From Patellaria atrata CBS 101060 (lineage: Eukaryota), in NCBI GenBank assembly GCA_010093705.1, contig MU006094.1, forward strand, positions 843,550 through 907,549: 64,000 bases of DNA, read 5' to 3'. Under the pieces are notes generated by a model. The model was given only the letters and a program-made list of their open reading frames with translations. It did not search any database and was not told the DNA's origin. Below are positions 14,028-25,958 of this stretch, in pieces. The position numbers and the translations under genes were made by a program. Each line of letters begins with the position of its first letter. Within the stretch, counting starts at the first letter, position 1.

Positions 14028-14699
14028 GGTGGAGTTAGAAGAAGGTGTGTGGAGTAGTTAGAGGTGATGATGGGATGAGGGAATATATATATAGAGAGAG
14101 AGGATGAATGTCACAACCTATCTCGTACCCCCTTTTCAAGGGGGGAGCTGATCAAGGCTAAGGGACGGACTCTAATCAACAATTAAGGTACTTTTATCAC
14201 CAAATCAGAGACAACGACTCATTACATCCCTTCCACTCCGTAATCGGGGATAAATAATAACACAACATAACATAACATAACATCAAATATGAGTCATTTT
14301 GTACACAGCGTACGCGATATCGTCCCCTCCCGAACACCCTTTCCACACATCAGTAACGCAGCCTGAAACCGCACCCCCCTTCTATGCCAAAACACCAAAA
14401 TGCCTCAATCCTATCTTCTACCTAATCTACTTAATGCCCCGAATGTATAAGACGGAAGGAAAAAGATCCTCTGAAAGGTTAGGGTTTGGCTCTAGAAAAG
14501 GAGGATATAGCGCTAGGATGGGGTCTGGATGCCACGCTTCGGGGGATGAAAGTGGGTACTCCGCCCAAGGTTAGCAACGGGGAAAAGAAGAAGGGGTTCG
14601 AACCGAGGTAGTTAGAGGGAACGGGGACAAAGGGGTGCAGAAGAAAAAAAAAAAAGGGGGTGTAGATGAGTGAGTGAGGGTGTAGGCGAGTGAGAGTGA

Positions 14700-14735
14700 G
14701 AGGGATAGGGGTTTGAGGGATAGGGGTTTGAGGGG
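14700..14735. repeat. 15-bp tandem repeat (GAGGGATAGGGGTTT) x2.4 in a G-rich intergenic tract
   Basis: Read directly from the sequence. Confidence 0.75.
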
Positions 14736-15212
14736 TGGGTCCCAGGAGGAAGGAGTGAGTCGAATTTTGAGGGGGTGTGTGCCCTGATTTGGCCCTTTGC
14801 CTTTACCCCTGGAATGGTAGGTCTCGCTGTTGTAGTTGCTATGGTGTCATGCGGTGATTTAGATGAGTTTGGTTATAAAAGGGTGCGGGAAGGGACAACG
14901 TTTGCGAGGAGGGGAGACTGAGAGAGCCTGAAAACGAGATCATGGAGGATAGGATATGCAGGCGAAATCCAGGGAGCGAGAGTGCTAAGTAAGGTTGGTA
15001 ATTGATATTCCTTATATGGGTACATATGGATATTGGTATTTTGTCACCAATGAAGAGACAGCCAGACAAAAGCAAATCAGTCCAACAACGCCTTAAAATG
15101 CTCCCCCATAAAAAACGCCCTCCACAGGTATCACGGCCCCTAGAACGCCATGTATGCCATGAAATAACAGGTCGGCCTAGAATCCTAATATATGCACTAA
15201 ATCACATTACCC

Positions 15213-17476
15213 TCAATATCCGAATTCCTCTACCCTCAACCATACCCCTTGCGCTCCCGTGCCTTTATGCACAGCTCTCTCGTCGCTCAAGCCGACCGTT
15301 GCGGTCCTAACATCGCTTACTAAACCCCTCGGGCCGCACACGACCACGGCACTCTCGCCCAGCGCTTGCTCGAGAGACTTGCGGATGATGTTTCGCGGCT
15401 GCGGTCGGCCGGAAAGGAGGGTGATGTGCGGGTGAACGAGAGGTTTGGCAAGCGAGATGGTGGAGGAGTTGGAGGAGACGGTTCTGGTAGTTGGAGCAGG
15501 GTTAGTAGGCGAAGTGGGTTTGGAGTCCGAGACGCCGGCAGGGATCACGGCGGGTTCAGAAGAGGATGCGCCGCAGTTGCAGTCACACACGACTTGAGCG
15601 TCAGAGGCGGCTTCGTCTTCGATGGTGTTGGTGCAGCAGCATGTACCGTCGGGTCCGCAAGCACCACCGTTGTTCGGAACGACGGAATCGGTATTCGAGC
15701 GAGCGTCAACTTGACGGATGGAGATTGCGTCGTCGGACTTCCCCTTTAACAACCCCTTTTCGTCAACCTCGGTTATTTCTTCTGGTTTACCGTGGACCGG
15801 AAGCTGTTGGGTAGGATTGGGTGACGAGAGCGGCGATTTGTGCTCTTCGGTGAAGCTAGGGTCACAGGTGACATAGACGCTGATATCAACCTCAACATTC
15901 GCACCGGCGTTCCGGAGGGTGTTGACGTCTTCGATCACGGTGGAGAGTTGCGAACTGAACCAGCCAAGCTGGCCGCGGGATTTGATGACCCAGACGAAAC
16001 GGATATGGCGGGTGACTGCCACATCTGGAATACTTAAAAACCCACCATTTTTCGAATCCGATCCAGGAGTGAGCCATGCTCGGACGATATCCCTGAGCAA
16101 TGGCATAGTGTATGTTGCACCAGTGCTTCCGGCGAAGAAGACGATACTGTCAAATTGCCTCAACGGTCTTATCCGTCCGTAAGGGCCTTCAATGCCTACA
16201 CTTTTCCGTTGGCATATCTGCACTTGATCTGTGATTGGGAGGTCACCTTGTTTCTTGGCGTGGCGGAAGAATCTCATAGTTCCTCCTTTTTCTGCTTTTA
16301 CAAGGAACTCCATCTTCCCATCTGCGGGTATAGAAGCAATGGTAAAAGGATGACTCTGGAGTGGAATGAGAGAATGACACGATAGGAAGACATATTGACC
16401 GGCCTTCCAACTGATAGGGGGATCGTGGATCGTGATCCGAGTGGTATTGTGAGGCAAAGGCTCAAACTCGGCTTTGAGGGACCAGAAACCGGACAATTGG
16501 CCAAGTTTACGCTGCTTGGGATGGAATATTGAGAGGTTGATGTATAAGATGTATAGTGCTCTGACTACACGGTCGAAGAAAAATAAGCCCACGGGAATCC
16601 ATACCCAGTGTTGGACTTCATCGGGAACGTGAATGAACACGAATCCAATGAATACCGCAAAGGAAACCAGATGCTGGAGAACGAAGAGTTCATAGTTCCA
16701 GCCTCGAATCGGGGTCATGGAACTTAGAACTATCCATACCAAAACTGCCCATGACATAACGCCTTTCCTGGTGATAGGATCCGTTCGTATCTTCTTCTCG
16801 ATGAAACCATCGTATGGGGCCCAGTTAGCAAACCAGTAGCCCATATGGATCGTTGCGGTTAAAAACAAACCGCGAGCGGTCCATCGATGGAGCCAGTTTA
16901 GTCTCTCATGACTGGTTCCAGTTAAGCAGCCAACGATATTGTTCTTACCCGCGAGAAGAAAGATGAGGGGTAATTGTGCGATGGAGACGAAGCCGCTCCT
17001 GTAGCCAATATCTTCGTAGGACCAGATATCGTTTGTGTCAAGTTTGTAGAAGCATAGGACAACGAGGATGATGATATATGCAAATACTAGACTTACTCGA
17101 CCAACCGTAGGTGCGTACAAGGTATGACCGCGGATGGAGATGGGAGCAAACGAGGCATGACGGGTTTCCCGTAATATGGCAGTTATCGTAGCTCCTATTG
17201 TAAAGAGGAGAAACTTGGGTTTGGCTGGTGTCGGCTGATTGAACTTTTGGGCAGACAGTCTGGATGGGACCTATTTAGTCATGCTGTCCTCAGTGAAGAA
17301 GGAGCGACCAACCTTTGTCTATGGAGGAACTTGTTGTACAAGTTCACAGCTGTGGCGGCTGCGATGAAAGTTCCAACAACGATCCAATAACCTTCTTGGA
17401 TGCGAAAGTTTGTAGGTACACCGTCACCCATGGACATAGAGCCCATGCTCATACCAGAAGTATGATCATGCGACAT
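15213..17476 (-). CDS. Ferric/cupric reductase (FRE family, Fre7-like metalloreductase); 2 exons (17476-17313, 17259-15213)
   Basis: His/Met-rich N-terminus (MSHDHTSGMSMGSMSMG), heme-ligating TM His (WLHRW, TIHMG, LQHL, FIHV), FAD motif HPFTIAS, NADPH motifs EGPYG and AGSTGATY, and C-terminal VVVCGP..EEFGY. Confidence 0.93.
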
Positions 17477-17769
17477 CTTGGGGCTTCGGCTCTCAACTTT
17501 GAGAGACACGGAAAGGGAGTCGAAGACAGAACAAGAAAGAGAAAGGGTGGTTTTGACAGGTTAAGAAAAGGCAGTTCCCAGTAGATTGCGACTTCCACCC
17601 AGGGAATATGCAAAGAAGACATGCGCCAGACAGAAATGAGGTTCCAGAAGAGGCAAGCCTATGTCATGGATAAGACTAGGGTTATCGATATGGAAATAAT
17701 GGAAGAATGAGGAGATGAGTTTTGGGATTTAGGAGAGCATAAGAGGATGCGACACCCATCATGGTGTAG

Positions 17770-17799
17770 GTATGAGCTTTTCATGCTCGTTTCTGCTCA
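17770..17799. promoter_or_regulatory. Cluster of three CuRE-like (Mac1/Cuf1-type) GCTC(A/G) cores in the FRE/CTR divergent promoter; a fourth TGCTCA lies at about 17991
   Basis: GTATGAGC 17770-17777, TGCTCG 17784-17789 and TGCTCA 17794-17799 resemble the known CuRE core TGCTC(A/G). They lie between two copper-uptake genes. Confidence 0.55.
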
Positions 17800-18565
17800 C
17801 ATCCCACTTTTGCGGTCAGTCCTACCGATACTCTATACAGATACTGTACCATGTTCTCACTTTCTGACTTTCTTACGGCACAAGGCCACACTAGGGTAGG
17901 ACGCACAGGGAATATTCGGCACACGGTCGATCAAAGGGTCGATTTGAGGCTAGCCCCACCAAAGAAGCTTTGTATTCTCCAATCAAAACCTGCTCAAACA
18001 CCCTCAGGGCTGTCAAATCGCCTCCACGCCAACTTTCTTTGTTAACTACCTCAACCTGAAAATATCATTATTCCAACAAAATGGTACAAACGAGCCTCTT
18101 TAGGGCAGTAGACGACTCCGTACTGTAAGCCGAGGACTATCACTAAAGTAGAGTATATACTCACCACACTTTCTTTTCTTGCCTTGTTGTATGCTTCTAC
18201 CCGTAATACCTTACCTCTTTTTTCCCCCATAGACTGTCACAGACCTGCTACTTCCTGTCCCGACTGCATTTCAAACATCCCACCTTGGCTTTGTCGCAGC
18301 TTTGGTGTTACCCCACGAACATACGTTAATGACTGTACAAAAGCCCAAGATCATTCCTTTCATGCTTTACAGCGCGAAAGCTTGAAAAAGCACAGCGCGC
18401 GTTTGAGCGGGTTCTACGCTCTGATACATATTACTTTACTTCCATCCAGTCATCCATCTATTCTTCAGACCCTACCTTGCCATCTTGACTCCCCTTCGAC
18501 TGAAGAGAACTACGTCTTTACGCAGAACCACGAATATCTAAGTTAATCTCATCTCAACCTTCAAG

Positions 18566-19192
18566 ATGGAGGCAAGGCACCCACATGGGGATATGGATCA
18601 CTCCAGTATGGGCACATCATCTCACATGAACATGGTTTTCTTCTCCGACACCAAATCACCCCTATTCTCCTCAATGTGGACTCCCACGTCCGTCGGTCAA
18701 TACGCCGGAACATGTATCTTCCTCATCGTCCTCGCCATCGCCTTCCGCTCCATATTTGCCGTGAAGCATCGTCTAGAAGCAAAATGGCTAGACGAGGCAA
18801 TCAACAGAAGATACGTCGTCGTAGCAGACAAGACTCCCGTCGCAGAACAAGTAATTAGAGATACCGATTCCAAAACCGCCGTGTTGTCTGCCAACGGAGT
18901 CGAGGAGCAAGTGAGAGTCGTTCACCGCCCAGTTCCTGCTATTCAACCCTGGAGATTCAGCGTTGATCTCCCAAGATCGTTAATTGTCACCGTAATGGTT
19001 GGCGTCGGATATCTGCTGTAAGCAGAACTCATCCCTACTCAGGATCTTCATGACAGTCGCTAATTCTATGTAAACAGTATGTTAGCAGTCATGACAATGA
19101 ACGTTGGTTATTTTCTCTCAGTCCTAGCTGGCACTTTCATCGGAGAGCTAGCTTTCGGACGATACATTCAGCTTCACACCGACCATCATTGA
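18566..19192 (+). CDS. Ctr-family copper transporter; 2 exons (18566-19017, about 19078-19192)
   Basis: Met/His-rich N-terminus with MNMVF, WTPTSVGQYAGTCIFLIVLA, PWRFSVDLPR, the TM2 MxxxM motif (YLLMLAVMTMNVGYFLSVLAG), and a C-terminus ending HTDHH. Confidence 0.94.
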
Positions 19193-19805
19193 TTTTCGCA
19201 TTTCTGCTTTCAAGACATCGTTCGGCGTTGGTGGATCATTTCGGTATCGTTGCAAGCACGTCTTGCCGGTTTCACGTGTACATGGTATAAGTGCTGTGGA
19301 AGCACCGATGCCATCGTGTACAGCGGGCGGTTTTATCTTCACCGCCAATATTTTTAAACCAAAACATGTGAAAGAACGGTGAGAACACAGCTGGTGTTCC
19401 ATTTCATCTCAAAATGCAAATTCTGATCATATTCAAAATATCCGCATGCCATTTTTGAAGGTCTCACAGTGTATAGTGCATGTCATACGTTACAAGTATA
19501 TTTCTACAATCTGAACGGAACCAAGTCCGCCTTTTCAGCAATCAAATCAGCATCAGCAGCAATCAGCATTAGCTATTTGTACAACCGTCCAACATGACGA
19601 AGTATCCCGTACCACATCCCACAACTGCATGCTGTACCACAATTATTCCGTCACTGAACTTCACCGATAAAAAAATCTCCCAAAATCGAAAAACCCCAAA
19701 GCACTGTTAAACAAACATCCACATCCCAACAATAAGATAGGCTGTCACGTCACTAGACACAACACATCACTAGGTACAGTAAATAAAGACCCTCCCCCTC
19801 GCAAA

Positions 19806-19806
<1 letters not shown>

Positions 19807-19851
<45 letters not shown>

Positions 19852-19889
19852 TTCCCCCCCCTTCCCCCAGTCCCCCGTCCCCCGTCCCA
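19807..19889. repeat. Poly-C homopolymer (about 45 C) with adjacent C-runs; G-quadruplex-prone on the minus strand
   Basis: Read directly from the sequence. Confidence 0.9.
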
Positions 19890-20549
19890 CGTCAACAACC
19901 CCATATATTGTCCGATCCTATAACAGCATGCCCCACCAGCGAGCCCTCGGTGGGGCTTTCCTGCTTATTGTCTGTCCTACCTGTTGAAGTTGGAATTGGT
20001 CCTACTGCTAAGGTATTGCCAAGCGCTAGAGCACCGATGGGGTATTTGCGTTTGCGTTCGTCTGTATATGACTAATTGGGCTTTTGACATGTGTGTGTGG
20101 GCACTGTCATTCAGGTGCTTGTCGTTTTTCGAGGTATGGACTATGATCTGGTGGATGCAGGGTACGGTGCAATAGGAGAAGACTTGGAGGTTTTGAAAGT
20201 GATCTCCTGTCCAATAGTTCTACTTGGTAGCGGCCTCGTAAGGTATTCGGGGTGAAGCTTTTCCATAAGCGATGAATTCTACATATACCGCTCTGGAACT
20301 GCACCGATCAATTTCATAGTCTTAAAAACAAAAAAAGGACCAATAACTTAAACCGAGAGAAAAACTCGTTGTGAAGTGATCATACCTTACACCAATCCCT
20401 CAAAGCCCCACAACGTTGGTTTCCCCCACCCGAAAGTTCCTTAGGCCCACCCAGCCAACCAATCACCTCCAAGAAAGATGAAATTCCGTATTTGCATTGA
20501 ATACATTCTATTTATGGACAATTAAGGGATCAACAATTCCCATCCCGTT

Positions 20550-20622
20550 GCCCGGCTAGCTCAATCGGAAGAGCGTGGGACTTTTAATCCCAAGGTCGAG
20601 AGTTCGAGCCTCTCGTCGGGCG
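20550..20622 (+). tRNA. tRNA-Lys (anticodon UUU), intronless
   Basis: Acceptor stem GCCCGGC/GTCGGGC, D-arm TAGCTCAATCGGAAGAGC, anticodon arm TGGGA-CTTTTAA-TCCCA, T-arm GAGAG-TTCGAGC-CTCTC, and a downstream T-run (Pol III terminator). Confidence 0.96.
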
Positions 20623-20988
20623 TGCTTTTTTCTTTGGAGTTTTTTCCCCTACATGGGAGATATTTACTGTCGATACTGGATGCTTCTTTTTATTTATTTT
20701 TTGAGAAGGGGATTATTTTGTGATTTCACGAGATCGGGGGGCATAAGGACACTATACGATATGTGGGCAAGATACAGGTATCACAGAAGCAATGCAGAAG
20801 TATTTGAGTATATTGGATTCAGATATCATATCCGCCCCGTTCGCAAATCATATTATATATATTTTCCCGCTTCTAGAAGCTCGCTCCCCGTCGTAACCTT
20901 ACACAATCCTCTCGCCGGAGGTATCTCCTTCAAGTTACCTTGGCAGACCCGCCTCCTCCATAAGCTCAACATTAACGTAGTAACGCAT

Positions 20989-21741
20989 TTACAACGCGGC
21001 AAGTCCTCCGACGACGCCCAGCGCGCCGACAACATAGCCTACGAACGGCGTCATTTGAGCTGCTAGGCCTGTGGATGTGGATGTCGAAGCGCTGGCTTCG
21101 GATTCGGTCGCGCTGGCTGAGGGGTGGGAGTGCGAGTGACCGTCCGAGGAGGATTCGTTGGCGTTCATGCCCCCTTCGAGGGGTTGGACTTGGATGCCGG
21201 AGCTGTTGGTGCAGTGGTCGTTGTAGTCTGTTGTGCTGAGGGGGGTGGATGTGAAGGTTATGTCGGCGCACTAGCAGGGAATCGGTAAGAAAGTTTCGGG
21301 TTTCAGCGATGAGATAGGGAAAGGGAAAGTTACCTGATACAAGCCACCGCTCGGATCGCCGTTCGAGAGAACCTGAATCGTTGCGTTCATGCCTTCGGTC
21401 AGGTTCAGCTCGTCGGGGAAGGTCACCATGCCGAAGCAGAAGTTCTCGGGACCGCGCTCTTGAATCGTCGGCACGAGCACGTGGTTGTAGGCGTCGCCGG
21501 GGTCGTTGCCGAGGGCGAGTACGACTTGCAGTTTGGTTTCCGTGTGGCCGAGATCGAGCTGGATGGGGCCGCCGCTGAGGGGGAAGGGCGTGCGTTCATC
21601 GGAGACGTCGTTGAAGCCGCCGCAGGGGAAATCGCCTGCGGTGCGGTCTTCGAAACCACGAGCTTCGGGCCATTCGAGCTGGAAATGAGCGGAGGTGAGG
21701 AGGGGAAAGAGAGAGAGAGCTAGGGTGGATGTGGAAAGCAT
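20989..21741 (-). CDS. GPI-anchored copper-binding protein, BIM1/Cbi1-like (X325, LPMO-like fold); 2 exons (21741-21334, 21270-20989)
   Basis: Signal peptide ending TSA leaves His1 (HFQLEWPEARGF..PCGG). Later motifs are GHTE, FCF and NATIQV..GGLYQ|CADITF, then an S/T-rich stalk with HSHSH and a hydrophobic GPI-type C-terminus (GYVVGALGVVGGLAAL). Confidence 0.85.
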
Positions 21742-22263
21742 GTTAATGGTTGTTTGGAGAATGGGGAGATTATTTGTGAACTATTTGATCTTTCTGGAGC
21801 TATCTGGAATTGAAAAGGAGCTCAGATGAGAAATGGAAGAGACGAAGGAGGATGTGTCAATGTATACGAAATTAGTCAATCGCGGAGTCCACCTGACAAT
21901 GCAATGATAATGATCTAATGACTAAATTCCAGTGACACACAACTCAGGATAGAAGGCAAATGGAAGTTTTGGAAGAACTCGAAAGCTCCAAGACTCTGGG
22001 GTAACAGCTCTTTTAAAGCTGCAACGTGAACCGGTACCTCGCATTCCTGTCCTCCCTAAGGTAAGATTCCATTTCCGCCACCACGGTGCCTGTCAAAGAC
22101 ATGTACAGTACAGTACAGTAGGTACATTTCCAACCATTCACCACGCATCCATCAGCAACGCGATTATCTCAAAAGAGCCTTTTCAAGCATTCAAGCTTCG
22201 CTGCCGCGGATGACGGGATGTTCCAACTTGTTGGTAAGTAACGGCAGAGTTGATAGAGCGGAA

Positions 22264-22283
22264 ATATGAGCGAGTATGAGCAA
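22264..22283. promoter_or_regulatory. Tandem CuRE-like motifs (TATGAGC x2) about 530 bp upstream of the BIM1-like gene
   Basis: ATATGAGC-GA-GTATGAGCAA; the reverse complement contains TTGCTCA. The same 8-mer GTATGAGC occurs at 17770. Confidence 0.5.
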
Positions 22284-24245
22284 GTTTCTCATCCTAGCGC
22301 GGGGGAAAACGAAGAGATGATGGGCGCGAGTCAATGCCGGACATGGCATCGCTTGAGCCTCATGGCAGACAGGCTATATCGGGCTTACATCGGGGCGATC
22401 CAACGTTAACCCAGTATTTTCTTCGCGGCTCTCTTTGAGCTTCCATACAAATATACCTGTGCCCGGACTCACAGCACACCCCTATACAGGATGGTACCTT
22501 TACGTGACAAAGTCTCCGCAGATTTTAACGCTACAGATTTGATAGCGCGCAATTGTTAAAAGAAAGTACAGAGTACTAGAACTACTTGAACTAAGAAATC
22601 GCAGTGCAACAGTATCTAATTTGTATATCTCCAATCCACCGTTGATCTTACCACCGCAATGGACTTGGACATATGGGATGATGCTTCGGAAACCGTATAG
22701 GAAACTCTATCATCTACACTTCGAAGCTGTTTGTACGGTTGCGGATCCTTCGTCCGGTTTTCGACTTTCCTGTACGATCACGCCAGACAGCTATACAAGC
22801 CCGAGCGTACGGTAAAGCGAGCATTGCGCCGAAAGAGAAGAGAACAAACCATTCCTGGGAAGATACTTCCGTCGACATCGTTGAATCCCTTTGGATATAA
22901 TTCATCACGTTGCGGCCTTGATGGGTTAGAGAAGTTGAACGTTACGGCAGGCAGTCATATCATGTTTCGTCTCCTATAGATACGTCGGCATGATCGCCAT
23001 TAAAATGCGGATCCAACAGCGACGGCACCAGTTCTCATACACTGCCTTTCTACGCTCCCAATCGAGAATCTCAGTGCCAATGCCTGTTTTCCACGCGATG
23101 TCTGGATGTGCAAGCACGGCGTCTCGACTATCTGGACTGCTAATGCGATACTTATCTTTGAGACCTGGATCGGCCTAACCCTGCTCTCTGAGAAGAGTAA
23201 GGAAACCCTAAAATTCCGCAACGGGTTGCAAAAGGTGCACCTGTAACATTCTCATATGGCAGGCCGTCGTATGCTGGCCTTACAGAACAAAGTTCAGTAC
23301 ATCCAGGCGCTGGTAGACGAATGCGGTTAAGCTGATTACTTGAGTTATCGGATTCTGTGAGCTTTGGTACTTTCCCTCATTCTGGGCCATTCAGCATTAA
23401 CGTGGCAACCTGGAAGTTGTCTCATCAAGATCTAGCCCAATTTTATCTCTAGATCTCTTTCCTTTCTTCCGCTCGTTTTTCTTCATCTCATTCCCCATCT
23501 CTTTTCATCTCCGAACCGCAGGCCTATCTCGTTGTTGATTGTCTGTGCGAGGGTCACTAAAAATGGAGCGAAGAAATTCCTCATCTGTGTTTCATTGAAT
23601 TTATTGTTCATCTCGAATTGTTCTTCATATTCATCTCACTCTACGAATCCCTTTTGTTCTTAATCTTCATTTGGGTCAAAATATACGTCAAGAATGGTCG
23701 AGATAGGAAAGGGGGTGTGACTTCACACAAATTCCATTGATTCAACTTTTGTGCGAAGGCGGAAGACTTGCGCCATTTCGAACGGTTTCGGGGCTTTCGT
23801 ACACAAGTGCGTTTCGTCATACTTCGAGTCGGAGGCCAAGTGGTCGGATTCCCTACTTTGATGCTTGATATATGTAAAATACGTGAGGTTCAAACGCGAA
23901 TCACTACGAGAATATTGCTCGTATCGAAACTTATAATTCACAGCTGAGTTTGTATGAAGAAGGTAGTATCCCATCACATCTGTTTACCACATCCTCAGGT
24001 TCTGCTCCTCTATTTGCCGGAGGCATCTTCCTACTTCTTACACTAGGAATAAATGCGCCGCTAGATCTGAAGCGCCTTAGGAATTAGCATTCGTGATTCA
24101 TTGCAATTAGGACACAATTGGTTAGTTGATATTCCTAAATTGTTTCCCTGTCCATACGTTTCATTCGAGGGCTGTATTATACTACACAATATCGTAATTT
24201 CGCATTAAACACTGCTATAGTTCCGGGAGAGAATTCCCAAACGGC

Positions 24246-25229
24246 TCAGATAAAGTTAAGCTGGACCATCTGCCAAAAGTCCCGAACGAATGCTCCGCCC
24301 TCTTCTAACAATAGAGAGAATTCGGTGGATGCTCCAATCGTGTCAATCTCGCATACTATATACTCTCGAACTAGTGCGCGTAATTCATCGACTGTATTTT
24401 CGTAATCCGGCGTATTTTCATTGGAGTAAGCGTACCTCGCGAGTTCAACAATATCACTAACCTGTTCTCTGTGAAGCTTGAAATTGGCTAGTGTTTCGTG
24501 AAGCTTTAAGAGGCATAGTGACTTGAGGGGTTCAACCCCGTACTTATCTGCGAAGGTATAGAGACGAGAAAGAGATAAGAAGACGTTCGTGTAACTATGG
24601 TAAGGCTCATTGTTGACCATTACGTGGCAGGCATAGGCCGATCTTGTGGCCGGCGGGAACTCTGAATAATAGTTCTTTTTCTTGAACGATCTTCTTAACC
24701 TTTCCTTCTTTGTCATATTCTTATAACTAAAACCCTTCCTAGTTTTCCCCTCCCGTGTTGACAGACTAAATCCATCAAAATCAGCTTCTACTGGTACTGG
24801 AACGGGCTCTTCCACTGGTACCCATCCTTGTGGTTGTACTGGCAATTCTTCTACTACTTCCACCAATGGTTCTTCGAGAGGCGGTTCATCCTCTTCTAGC
24901 GGTGACGGCTCCGGCTCCTCTACGACGGTAATGGGCAAAGGGGGAGTGAAGTCACCCATATATGCAAACTGGCAAAACCGCACAAAGTCATGCTCATCTA
25001 TATCCTCTAGATGTGCTGATCTGCTTTGCGCCTCCAGCATTCTACCGTTTATAAGAGAATTGAGTGCATCTGACTGTCTTGCAATCGCGGCAGAATGGGC
25101 GACTATGGGTGTTTTACTGCTCCCGATGAAGAATGTAAATTGCTCGGAGCAAATGATACTGCTAGGGATTTAGCATTTTGATACACATGACTGAACGTAG
25201 TAAACTTACTCCTTGTAGACGTAGGACAT
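24246..25229 (-). CDS. BTB/POZ domain protein; 2 exons (25229-25210, about 25161-24246)
   Basis: FTFFIG..PIVAHSAAIARQSDALNSLINGRMLEAQ..LEDIDEHDFVRFCQFAYMGDF and a C-terminal LYTFADKYGVEPLKSLCLLKLH, typical of fungal BTB proteins. Tandem TAGCAG acceptor. Confidence 0.88.
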
Positions 25230-25958
25230 CTTAAGGTTGTCTGGGGTGTAGATTCACAGAGGAATCTGGGTAGTCGAAATAGCCTTGTTTGCTCTTGAAA
25301 CGACCGGTCTGTGTTGTTTCTTCGAACTGACTCAAGTAGGACACTTGGGACACCTGAAGAGCTTCTTATCTTGAAATTACAACATGTTTGCAAATAACTC
25401 TGAGTAGTGTCAATGAGCTTCTGATATAGAGCTAATGTCAACGCGGGAAACTAGGAATATTAGTATACCTTAGCTAGCTGTAAGTGATTTCGCTACGTTG
25501 CCTCGCTTAACTTTCTTAATTAGTATATTGCTACGGAAAGCCCAAGACCTTTTGGTAGTCCTACCCCAGCTGGGACGATTGGCGGGGAGAGGTAGGGTCT
25601 AACACAAGTTCCTTATATTTCTTCCCTAGAATCACAAGAATAGTGTCTATCGATCTAACGCTATTTTCCTCTTTAGAATTTACCTAGAGACTGTGTCTAG
25701 GGTCACAATATGATACAGATGCTGGACTTGAAGTTTACCAAAAATGTAGACATATTCGAAATACAAGGAGAAATGCCAAATAGCCCGATGAGACGAATTA
25801 TTTCAGTGTTTGTGACCCGTTTCGCACACGAATGAGGACATCACCCGTATATCCCCTTACAGCTGTCAAATTCACAATTGTTTCCCACACCATCACCTTA
25901 TCAATGTATCATGCCTGAGACAATGATAACACCATACGCACAACCCCAACCTATCCCC

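Noticed and set aside
14700..14735. Telomere-like G-rich repeat
   Set aside because: It is not a TTAGGG array, only a short internal tandem duplication.
20575..21066. 163-aa + strand ORF
   Set aside because: It starts inside the tRNA at a non-ATG codon, overlaps the BIM1-like 3' end antisense, and has no recognisable motifs.
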